DNA of 64,000 bases from Candidatus Marinacidobacterales bacterium. Lineage in GTDB: Bacteria; Acidobacteriota; Vicinamibacteria; Marinacidobacterales; SMYC01. Position numbers and translations under genes: made by a program. Below are positions 29,972-39,939 of the stretch, one piece after another; position 1 is the first letter of the stretch; every line of letters starts with the position of its first letter. The notes beneath the pieces were generated by a model, which worked only from the letters and a program-made list of their open reading frames with translations, ran no database searches and was not told the DNA's origin. The stretch covers positions 608,001 to 672,000 of the forward strand of contig CBDCYI010000004.1 in assembly GCA_965224085.1 (NCBI GenBank), read 5' to 3'.

Positions 29972-32334
29972 TCACTCGTCCCGAACGGCGAAGGCGAAGA
30001 GGGTCGTTCCGGACGGAATCATGACGTACTGCGTTTCGTCCAGCATGTACGTGATGGGAGCAGCCCAGATGGGGGCGCCTGTCTGAAAATGCCACAGGTC
30101 CTCACCGGTGCGGGCGTCGAACGCCATCAGGTTTCCGTCCATGTCGCCGCCGAAGACGAGGCCGCCATCCGTTGCGAGGGTGCCTCCCATCGAGGCGGTG
30201 AAGTAGCGGAACTCCCACTTTATTTCCGCGGTGAGCGGATCGATGGCCCGCAGCGCGCTAAAGGCGCGGGGGCCCGAAGGCCGGTACGTACCGCCGAAAT
30301 AGGTACTGGCCCTCGATGAACTCCTGGGGCCATGCGTAGTAGGTCGCGCAGGCTTCACGGGCCGTCACATAGAACCATCCGGTGGAAGGGTTGAAAGAAG
30401 GAGACATCCAGTTCGTCGCTCCTTCGACGTCGGGACACGTGAAGGTGCCGTCGGCGCTGGGCGTGTTATCGGGAAGCAGGACGGGTTTGCCATCCGGCCC
30501 AATCTCCTCAGCCCAGGTAGTGTGAACGTAGGGCTTTGCCTGCAAGAGCTCTCCGTTCGTCCGATCGAGGGTGTAGAAGAAACCGTTCCGGTTGGCCAGC
30601 ATCAAGAGCTTTTGCGTGCCCAGCTCTCCTTCGATGTCCGCGAGCACCGGCACCTGGTTCGCATCCCAGTCGTGCGTGTCGTGGGGCGTGAACTGGTAGT
30701 ACCACCGCAGCTCGCCGGTGTCGGCATCGAGGGCCACCACCGAATCGGTGTAGAGGTTGGCCCCGGGGCGCACTTCGCCCAGAAGGTCCGGGCCGGGGTT
30801 CCCGGTTCCCCAATAGAGGAGGTTCAACTCGGGATCGTAAGTTCCCGTCAACCACGTGGAGCCTCCACCGCGCTGCCACGCGTCCCCTGCCCAGGTGTCG
30901 CCGCCGGGCTGGCCGGGCTCGGGCACCGTCCAGAAGCGCCAGCGCCTCTTTCCGGTGTCGGCATCGTAGGCGTCCAGAAACCCTCGCGTGCCGTACTCGG
31001 CACCGGCAATGCCTACCACCACCTTGTCCTTCACCACCAGCGGCGCGGCGGTGGCGGAGTAGCCCCGTCCGGGATCGGCAATGTGGACGTCCCAGATCAG
31101 ACTTCCCGTCTTCGCGTCCAGCGCCACCAGACGCGCGTCGAGCGTCGCCATGTAGAGTCGGCCCTGATATATCGCAAAGCCACGATTGACGGAGCCGCAG
31201 CAGACGTTGAGGAGCTCCGGCAGCGGCTTGCGATAGTGCCAGATGGTTCGGCCGGTCCGGGCGTCGAGAGCCCAGGCGTGGTTGTCCTGCCCCGTGACGA
31301 ACAGGACCCCGTCGACGACGATGGGCGATGCCTCGAACTTTCCGAGGACACCGGTTTGAAACGTCCATCGGGGCGCCAGGCTCCGCACGTTCTCCGTCGT
31401 GATACGGGCCAACGGACTGTTCCGCTGGCCGGTATAGTCTCCCGAATATGTGAGCCACCGTTGTGGGTTGTCGAGCCCCGCGAGGAGGTCTTCGCGACCG
31501 ATCCCCTGCGCTATATCCTTCGCCGTTCCGGTGAGAGCCGCCGTGGTTCCAAGGGTGCGGAGGTAGCTCACGAGATCGTCGAGTTCGGCGTCCGTGAACT
31601 TCTCGGGACCGTAGTCCGGCATGAGCGAACGCTTTTCGTGGATGACCTCTGCCACGTCACTCTTGAGGAGAAGGCGAAGCTCCTCGTACGCATCCATCCA
31701 TTGAATCGAAAAGGTATCTTCGTTCTTCCTGACACCGGGAATGCGCCTCCCGTCCCGAAGGACAACGGTGACGGGCTCGTATCCCGGAGGGAAGTACTCG
31801 CTCGCATTACGGAGCTCCCGTGTCAGCGCCGATCGTGAGCGTGCCCGGCCGATGTTCGACAAATCGGGGCCGAGCCGCCCGCCACGACCTTGGATTCGGT
31901 GACACTGATCGCACAGACCTTTGCCCCAATAAATCTCCTCACCGGCGGCAGCATCTCCCGGCTCTTGTCGATCCGTTCCCGAGCTCCTCAAGCTGCGCAG
32001 ATACGCGATCACCATCCAGACTTCGTCCTCCGTCAGCCGAGCCGGGGCCCATCTCCGATCCGGGCACACCTTGCGAGATGACCCGGAACAGGTCGGCATC
32101 GCTGTCGCCGTGAAGCCACGGGCCGTTCTTCAGATCCGGTCCCCGGTAGCCGAGCCCATCAAAGCCGTGGCAGACGCCGCACCGGTGCCGGTACATGTGC
32201 ATCCCCTGCTCGAGAGCCTTCGGGTCTCCCTCCATCGCGTTCTGAACGCCCTCGGTCCGCGGAGCCGCAGCGCCGATCGCGACGAAGGCAAGCACGCTCG
32301 AGGCCAACGCCCCGCAAGGATTCCTGTTCCGCAT
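29972..32334 (-). CDS. Di-heme cytochrome c / PQQ-dependent dehydrogenase fusion, frameshifts near 32040 and 30300
   Basis: CGVCH and CDQCH; GPDLSNIG heme-associated domain; WLTYSGDY, VCCGSVNRG, WGTGNPGP, HDTHDWD, TNWMSPSF. Confidence 0.8.
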
Positions 32335-32340
32335 CGTTGC

Positions 32341-33134
32341 TCACGTGTACCACATTCGAGGGAATCTGCCCACAGAAATGGGAGATGCTCCAAACCTGAA
32401 ACTCAATCCGCCATCCAGGAGAACCAGTACTCGCGGCACCAGTAGTCGATGGTGCCCTGTGCGGTGTGATACTGGAGCCAGTTCCGAACCCAGTTCAGGA
32501 ACCTCGCGTCGTTTCGTCGTATGGGCGGGGTGCCCGTACTCGCGGGCAAGGACGAGGCGTCGGCCGTCTCCCTCTCGAAGAAGAACGAGCCCAGGATTCT
32601 GTTTCATGAAGATGCGCGTGACGGCGTCCGTCACCCAGGCATCGACGTCTCCGTTAGCGAGCGCGAGCACCGGCGATGTTCGATTCCAGGACCCGGGCGC
32701 TGAAGAATCGACGGCCGACCACCTGGACGATCGAAGAGCCCGGTTCCACTCCGAAGCTCTTCGATGGTTCATCCAGTGCGGCGAGGCTCTCGATACCGGT
32801 GTCGCTCCGAACCACGACCACGATCTCGGAGGGAAGCAACGGACCGGCGAAGTCCACATGAAGCGCCCTCTCAGGAGTGTTCGTATAGCTCATCAGCCAC
32901 GTCGGCATCGAGTAACGCCGTCATGTGATCTGCCCAGGCGATGTCCACGAACTCCGGGCGCACTCCGAGATCCGAGGCCATGATCCGGCCCAGCTCGCAC
33001 ACCACGCCGCTCGGCTCGCTCGTCCGGGGATCCAAGTAGAACTCCGGGTGCGAGCCCTCTTCCGGAGGCGGTGTATAGGCCACCGCGACGCGCAAGACAC
33101 CGCGCTCGAGCACAAGGTCGAGGGTCGACGTCAT
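32341..33134 (-). pseudogene. Amino-acid ABC transporter substrate-binding protein (SBP family 3), multiply frameshifted
   Basis: TLDLVLERGVLRVA, ASDLGVRPEFVD, TNTPERALHVDFA, NGDVDAWVTD. Confidence 0.65.
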
Positions 33135-33344
33135 CGCCCTAATGCTTCCGGCTTTGTCGATATTCTTCTTTGCTGCGAAACGGACGGAGCATCACGCACA
33201 GCGCGAGAAAGCTAAGCCGTCGGTAGCGAGGCCGGCACAACATCGGTTTCTCCTTACGCGACGATGTATCACGTGGACAAGCCGGCTGCCAGCGGTTATA
33301 CAATCGCGCGGAGACTGGAGGCCGTCATGAAACCGAGGTCATTG

Positions 33345-33583
33345 CACTCGCCTACCGCCGGGACAACGTCTATCCGGAAGCTTCGATCTGCGAGTTCCTT
33401 CCGGGCGCCGAGCCTATTTTCGAGGCCGCCAATACGATCCTGCAGGACAGAGTCATCTACGCAAGCGGATTCCCTTTTCGTCCCCTCGACGATTTGAACC
33501 GCTTTCTCGAATATCCCTTCGCGCCAGAGGTGGTCGACAAGCTCGTCTACGAAAACGCCGCTCGTCTTCTGAAGATCGAGTAA
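33345..33583 (+). pseudogene. Amidohydrolase-2 C-terminal fragment
   Basis: AANTILQDRVIYASGFPF...DKLVYENAARLLKIE*; no N-terminus. Confidence 0.6.
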
Positions 33584-33808
33584 GGCAAACGAGCTAGCCG
33601 CGAAGTGAAATGGGCACTCGACGATCTTTCCCGCCGGCGGTGGTGCTTGCAACCCAGGGTCGGCGAGACGAAAATGCCTCCTCGAGCTGATCGCTTGATC
33701 AACGCCCTCCGCTTTCTCGTCGCACTGATCGCATTGAGCTCGTCGTGAAGCTCTGTTTGACTTCATCGGAGTGATTCCGTTAAACGTCTACTGACGAGGT
33801 TATCCATC

Positions 33809-34762
33809 GTGCGAATCGGGATTGGGCTCTGGTGTCTCCAGTCGACGGCGACAGCACCGCGGCCATTCGGCCAGGCCTATGCCGAATTGCGTGAGGACGC
33901 CAAGCTCGCGGAGAGGGTTGGGCTCGACAGCTTATGGCTATCGGAGCACCACGTGTTCTACGACGGGTACTGCCCGGCATTGCTGCCCTCAGCGTCGGCG
34001 GTACTGAGCGCTACGTCCCGGCTGCGTGTGGGTACCGGGGTTCTGCTCCTCCCTCTGCAACGCGCCGAGCGAGTGGCCGCCGGTGCCGCGGAGCTCCATC
34101 GGGTCTCCGGTGGACGATTCGAGTTGGGTTTGGGCATGGGGTACCGCGCGATCGAGTTCGAAGCCAAGGACCTGCGCATCGCCGATCGTCGAGCCCGTAT
34201 GGAGCGTGGCCTCGACGTGGTGGCCGCGAGCGCGTCCCCCGACGGACCACCGCTCTGGGTCGGGATGACGAGCGCGGCAGGAGCGCGCCGAGCCGGCCGT
34301 CGCGGGGCCGGTCTGTTCATCTCGGGCGCGTTTTCCAAGGAAGTGGTCGACGAGCTGGTCGCCGCGCACCGCGAGGCGTGGTCCGAGTCCGGGGAGCCGG
34401 GGGGCAACCCTCCGCCCATCGGTCTGCTGCGGAACGTTTGGGTAGTAGACGGCGAGGCAGAACGCCGGCGTGCGGTGGAATGGGTGCGGAGCAGCTACCT
34501 CGTCTACGCGGGGCTGGGATGGGGAGCCGCGGAACAGGGTGTCGATTTCGCTCGTCAGATCGAGGCGTCGATGGACACGGTGGGGTCTTCGGCAATCATC
34601 GGAACCGCCGACGAAGTCGTCGGTGGGTTGACTCGATACGATGACGTCGAGTTGATCGTGTGCCGGATCGGGTACGACGCGCTACCAAGGACGGCACTCA
34701 CCGAGGTGATCGAGCGCATCGGCTCCGAGGTCGCGCCCCAACTCGTCGAGGTTGGTTCATGA
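33809..34762 (+). CDS. LLM-class (luciferase-like) flavin-dependent oxidoreductase
   Basis: DSLWLSEHH, TSRLRVGTGVLLLP, SGGRFELGLGMGY. Confidence 0.9.
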   Translation: MRIGIGLWCLQSTATAPRPFGQAYAELREDAKLAERVGLDSLWLSEHHVFYDGYCPALLPSASAVLSATSRLRVGTGVLLLPLQRAERVAAGAAELHRVSGGRFELGLGMGYRAIEFEAKDLRIADRRARMERGLDVVAASASPDGPPLWVGMTSAAGARRAGRRGAGLFISGAFSKEVVDELVAAHREAWSESGEPGGNPPPIGLLRNVWVVDGEAERRRAVEWVRSSYLVYAGLGWGAAEQGVDFARQIEASMDTVGSSAIIGTADEVVGGLTRYDDVELIVCRIGYDALPRTALTEVIERIGSEVAPQLVEVGS

Positions 34763-35428
34763 GGCTCGGCTTGGTGCTCGAAGACGACGCCGAGCTCGGG
34801 CGGGCTCGCCACGCCGACGCGCTCGGTCTGTGGGCAGTCATGGTGACCGGCGCGCCAGGTACCGAAGTGATCCGGGCTGCAAGGGTCGCCGAGCAAACGG
34901 ATTTCGTTCGGGTCGTCGTGAAGGTGGACCTCTCCGCCGAGCACCCGTTGACGATCGCCGAGGAGCTCGCGGTCCTCGACAACCTATCGGGTGGACGTGC
35001 GGTTGCGATTGTGGCCGGCGACCCCGGACCCGAGACGCTTCGTCGATTCCGCGAGGCCCTCGTGGGTCGGCTGTCTCACGGGGTTGTGCTGGCCCCGCCA
35101 CCGGTGCAAACCGAGCTCCCGGTATGGCTAGCCGCGCCCGTAAAGGCGAGCGATGCTCCGATCGTGGCTGACTCGCCCACTGAGATCGTGGTCAGGCCAG
35201 GTCTTCCGGCTCCCGGCACATTCGCCCTCTCGGGTGAGCTTGCCCGCGACCGAGCCTTCATCGACGAGTGGCGTGATGCAAGCTGCACGCACCTCCTTGT
35301 TTCGTGGCCGGGTGAGGTGCAAGTACTGGCCCGTCATCTCGGCGACCCGCGCAGCTACGTCCGACTTTCCTTCCGTTGTCGCTGACCTGGCCGACAAGAT
35401 CGTACCGTTCGAGACAGAGTCGGACTGA
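34759..35428 (+). CDS. Short LLM-class protein (second subunit-like), frameshift near 35345
   Basis: HPLTIAEELAVLDNLSGGR, PPPVQTELPVW; ATGA overlap with upstream LLM gene. Confidence 0.65.
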
Positions 35429-35677
35429 CCATCACCGGTGGTGCTTCCGCCATCAAGTGATGCAACGCTGCCAAAGGCAGCGGCGAGGCAGCGAACGGAC
35501 CGCCACGGCTGAGTCGGCGACCAAGAACCGGATGGTCTTCGATGCTGAACCTGGGTGGCACGTCGAACAGACGCGAGCAATCGCTCTCGCTGATCTCTCG
35601 AGAGTCGCTCGCGCTGCGTTGGAACTGCGGGGCTGGGTTGGGAGGACGGAGGAGATGGACCTACTGTCTGAGCCCAA

Positions 35678-35811
35678 CCTCACCTCCTTGTCTGGCTCCG
35701 GGAGCCTTTGCTGAGGTCACCGATACTGAACGAGGTGACGTTACCTCGTTCAAGCTGGAGAAATTCAGTGGAAGCCTCAGAGCAGGCTTTGGAATTTCCT
35801 TTCCTATCCTT
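35678..35811 (+). mobile_element. IS91-like terminal remnant (homolog of 59021-59150)
   Basis: Shares GAGGTGACGT.ACCTCGTTCAAGCTGGAGAA and GGCTTTG.AATTTCCT..CCTAT with the reverse complement of 59021-59150; near-perfect palindrome at 35727-35752. Confidence 0.6.
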
Positions 35812-35933
35812 TACCTTTAGACTGGTGACCGGCTTGACAGTAGTCCGTTGATCGGGCCGCGGTTTCCGCCGCGCGCAACCAATCCGTGATCAACGCACTG
35901 GCGTCCCGGCCCACCAGCTCAAGGAGTCATACG

Positions 35934-36398
35934 ATGCAAGCTCATCAAGTCGCGCTAGTTATCACGTTCGCTTTGCTCGGCGCGTCCTCCGCTGCCGCAC
36001 AGCAACCCGCCCGAAGCTCGACCATCGCGCGGAAGGGCGGAGTCATGCCGGGAAACGCCATCCCCGATGTTCCCCAGGAGGGGCGGCCGCTGGTGCTGAA
36101 GCGGGTGATCAACATCGACGAGCACACCGCCGACATCAGCGTCACCTGGGTGCGGATCTGGGGGCATCACGATAGGATCGTGAACGAGGTAAGTGACCGC
36201 GTCTACTATATCATCGATGGTGAAGGGCGGTTCCAGGTGGGAGACGGCGCCCCGATCGAGAAGGCCTCGGCTGGCGACTTCGTCTATATCCCCCGCAACG
36301 TGCCGTACGAGTTCGACGGCCAGATGCGGTACATCGTGATGAACGGCCCTGCCTACCGGACGGCATCCGACAAGGTGTTACCTCCGGTGATGAAGTAG
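35934..36398 (+). CDS. Cupin domain protein with signal peptide
   Basis: AAGGAG RBS; YYIIDGEG, GDFVYIPRNVPY. Confidence 0.8.
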   Translation: MQAHQVALVITFALLGASSAAAQQPARSSTIARKGGVMPGNAIPDVPQEGRPLVLKRVINIDEHTADISVTWVRIWGHHDRIVNEVSDRVYYIIDGEGRFQVGDGAPIEKASAGDFVYIPRNVPYEFDGQMRYIVMNGPAYRTASDKVLPPVMK

Positions 36399-36540
36399 CC
36401 GGCGACCTGTCCCTCGTCATTACTCGTCAGGCCTTGCAATCAACGATTTACGCGCGCAGTTCCCGACTCAATAAGGCAAAACTCCGCCGCCATGCGCCGT
36501 GTTCTCGTTTTCCTCATCTGTCTTTGCGCCTGTGTGGTGA

Positions 36541-36795
36541 CGGAAGCTGCGCCAGAACCTGAGCGTTTATCTACGCAGGGTTCGGAAGGGAGAAACGCTC
36601 GAAGTGACCGAGCGTGGTCGATCGGTAGCGGTGTTGATACCGGTGCCTGAGCCGGCGACTCCTCTGAGCAGGTTGATCGCCCTAGGACGGGCTTCGAGAC
36701 CCGACGGGGATTTGCTGAATCTCGGGCGGCCCGCCGGAAAGCCCACGCGAGAGCTCAGCGAGGCGCTGGCGGAGATTCGCGACGAGCGGCCTTAA
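36541..36795 (+). pseudogene. Phd/YefM-family antitoxin lacking its first residues
   Basis: RKLRQNLSVYLRRVRKGETLEVTERGRSVAVLIP; in-frame TGA immediately upstream at 36538. Confidence 0.75.
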
Positions 36796-36804
36796 GAGAG
36801 ACGA

Positions 36805-37197
36805 TTGCTCTACGTGGACGCGTCAGCGATCGTAAAGCTGGTCGCGCCAGAGCCCGAAACAGACGCTCTCATCGCGTTGCTCGGCACGGACCCGGAACGT
36901 GTGTCGAGTGCTCTGGCTTTCGTGGAGGTGAGACGCGCCGTTCAGCGTGCGGGAGGTGATGAGGTGCTCGTTCGGCGCGCGCGAGCGGTTCTGTCCCGCA
37001 TCTCACTCATCAGAATCGACGATCCCGTGCTCCGAACCGCGGCCGAGTTGGATCCAAAAACGTTGCGGTCTCTAGACGCCATTCATCTTGCCACCGCGCT
37101 TTCCACCGTCGAGCCAGTGGCGGCGCTCGTAACCTACGACAGTCGTCTTCGGGACGCGTCGCGTCTTAACGGAATCGCAGTCGAGTCGCCGGCCTGA
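36805..37197 (+). CDS. vapC: VapC PIN-domain toxin
   Basis: YVDASAIVKL, EV.RA, LRSLDAIHLATA, TYDSRL. Confidence 0.9.
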   Translation: MLYVDASAIVKLVAPEPETDALIALLGTDPERVSSALAFVEVRRAVQRAGGDEVLVRRARAVLSRISLIRIDDPVLRTAAELDPKTLRSLDAIHLATALSTVEPVAALVTYDSRLRDASRLNGIAVESPA

Positions 37198-37467
37198 ACG
37201 TTCCGTGAGGTTCCGCGCTCCTCCGAAACTGCAGTCTATTCTTTCAGCCGTGGCTGCCAACGCTACTCGCTCGTCTTCCCGACCGCTCATACGTCAATCT
37301 CCGACTACGCGCCCCCGGCTCGAGCTTGCTCATCAACACCTGCCGTCAACGCCGCCGACAAAGAGCTGAGCCGAGCTTCCTTTCCGCGGCGTCGACGAAG
37401 GGCTTTCGCTGGAGTGCGCCGTCGAGCGCGTCGTCGAGCTCGCGAACGATGTGCTCGAGCACCAAGG

Positions 37468-37833
37468 ATGAGCATTCTGCTGGACGGCGATACTCGTGTT
37501 CTGGTGCAGGGCACTACGGGCCAGCAGGCGCGCGTCCACGTGCAGTACATGCGTCGTATTCTTCGGCGAGCCGGGGGGCGCACATGAAGTCGAAGCGCCG
37601 AGATCCTGTCTTCCGGTCGATTCACCAAGCCCGTCGTCGCCTTCGTGTGCGGAGAGGCGCTCGAAAGCCTCCCCCGAAGCGCGAGCTTCGGACACACGAG
37701 TCGACGGGTCGCGGTGGGAGAGTTTTCGGTAAGGGCTAAAAAGGAGCGCCTGCTCGCCGCTTTCGCTCACGTGGTCGACCGATTCGACGAGATTCCAGAG
37801 GCCGTAGCGAACGTTTTAGGCAGATCCCAGTAA
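37468..37833 (+). pseudogene. sucD: Succinyl-CoA ligase alpha-like subunit with a large internal deletion
   Basis: MSILLDGDTRVLVQGTTGQQ at the 5' end joined to FTKPVVAF...SFGHT...AKK C-terminal part. Confidence 0.65.
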
Positions 37834-37913
37834 AAGGTTCTCGCTTCTAACCGCCCAGCCGGATACAATCCCCGGCAGTTTCGGCCCGTTCGACACATAG
37901 TCGAGGAGGTCCT

Positions 37914-38711
37914 TTGACGAGAATTACCGTTTTCGTTGTCGCGGCGCTCTTACCCGGGACGGCGTTGTCGGCCAGCCCACTCGACATTCACGAAGTCCTT
38001 CTCGACAACGGCTTCCGCGTCCTCGTCGTCGAGGACGACCGCGTGCCGCGCATTGCCGCGAGCCTGTGGTATCGGTTCGGATCGATGCAGGAGCCTGCCG
38101 GTGAGCACGGCGCCTCCCACTTTCTCGAGCACGTGATCCATCAGGGAACGACCACGATCGGAACGACCGACTTCCAGGCGGAGTTCCCGATTCTGCACGA
38201 GATTTACGAAGTGGAGCAGGAGCTTGTCGAGGAGCGCCGTCGCGCGCGCAACGAGCTGCGCATCCGTGACGTCTTCTAAGATGGAGGCGCTCCGAAAGCG
38301 ATTGTACGCGCTTGCGGACGAGAGCTCCCGGCACCGTGTCTTCTGGGCCGAGTACAACTGGTACCGGCGCTACGGCGCGCGAGCCCGCCATTTCGATCCG
38401 GTTCCCGCAACGACCGGAAGCGAGCACATGGACATCTCGATGGATCTTCCACGGGAGAACCTGGAGCTCCTCTTTTGTCTGGAAGCCGACGCGGATCGTC
38501 TCGCCCGGGCCCGCAAGGCTCTGCGGGTCGAATGGGAGCAGCTTCGATCGCACCGAAGCGACCTCGCTTGGACGCTCGGGCGATTTCAGGTCATGGACAG
38601 CTGGCGAACGCTCGCCAGACGGCGTCCGCCGAAGACCTGCAGCGGATAGCCCGGCAGTACCTCGTCCCGTCCAACCGCATCATCGGGTTGACACGTCGAG
38701 ATCCCTATTGA
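37914..38711 (+). pseudogene. M16 (insulinase) peptidase, fragmented
   Basis: LDNGFRVLV, GASHFLEH, C-terminal AEDLQRIARQYL; stops and deletions in between. Confidence 0.75.
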
Positions 38712-38748
38712 TGTCTGTGCGAAGAAGCCTTTGACCCGGGAGACGACC

Positions 38749-39712
38749 ATGCGATGCGCTACGATCATCGGTACCACCCCGTTCTTTTTCATGGCGCTCG
38801 TGGCCGTGGAGGGTGCTGCGCGGGCGCAGTCTTGGACACCGCCGTCCGAGCAAGAGCGCTGCCCGAGCGGATGGGGAGCCGGCGACGAGAAGGGTGCGGC
38901 GAACCACATGGGGGCCCGACAGCGTGCTCCGGGCCGCCCGTCTCATCCGCACCGGAGAAGTCATCGAGCTCGCGCACGTGTTGTCGGAAACGATACCGCT
39001 CGGAGACCGGCACTTCGACTTGTATATGAAGCCCACAAGGATGAACCCGGAGTCCAACCGTCGCGGCTCGAATGAAGAGCTCGTCGTCGCGGAGATGGGG
39101 CAGGTGGGAACCCAGTTCGACGCGTTCGGCCACCAGACCATCGGCGACCACCTCTACAACTGTATCGAGCTGAGCGACGTCATGACCCGCTCCGGACTCA
39201 CGCGGCTGGGCGTAGAAAAGGTCGGCACGCTCATGACGCGAGGCGTTCTCATCGACGTGGCCGCGCTCAAAGGCGTTCCGATTCTGCCGGAGCGCTACGA
39301 GATCTCCGTAGAGGATCTCGAGCAGGCACTGCGGCGGCAGCAAGTGACGCTACAGGCCGGGGATGCCGTGCTGATCCACACCGGCTGGGGGACGCTCTTC
39401 AATAGCGAGCCCGAGCGCTTCGCAGCCAGTGGCCCCGGGATCGGGATCGCCGCGGCGGAGTGGCTCGTGGAGCGCGACCCGATGCTTCTCGGCGCGGACA
39501 ACACGCCTGTCGAGGTCTCGCCTAATCCCGACACTCAGATCTCTTTGCCGGTGCATCAGATCATGCTCGTGGTGAACGGCATCCACCTCGTCGAGCGGAT
39601 GAAGCTGGACAAGCTGGCCTCGCGACAGGTCTACGAGTTCGCCTTCGTCGTCCAACCGCTGAAGCTTCAGGGAGCGACGGGATCGACGGTTGCACCGGTC
39701 GCCATCCATTAA
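38749..39712 (+). CDS. Cyclase-family (kynurenine formamidase-like) protein, frameshift near 38910
   Basis: WGAGDEKGAAN, QVGTQFDAFGH, TRGVLIDVA, GDAVLIHTGW, GATGS. Confidence 0.8.
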
Positions 39713-39916
39713 ATCAACCACCGGCTTAAGCCGGCTTAAGCCGGTGGATTGCGCGGGCGCGTCGACTGGAAGTCGACTTCATGCGCCCGCTTCATTCTCA
39801 ACCCCCCGACTTCAGTCGGGGGAGTCTCGTCCCCTTCGGGGACATCGACAATCTTTTCTTCGCCTGAAGGCGCCTGAAGGCGAGGGGTTTCCACCATCCC
39901 CGGACGAGACACTAAA
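39710..39916 (-). mobile_element. Non-autonomous IS200/IS605-type element (MITE-like)
   Basis: TAAA at both ends; hairpins CCACCGGCTTAAGCCGG..TGG, CCCCCGACTTCAGTCGGGGG, GTCCCCTTCGGGGAC, TCGCCTGAAGGCG; no ORF. Confidence 0.6.
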
Positions 39917-39939
39917 CGGCGAAGCGCAACTCTGCTGGG

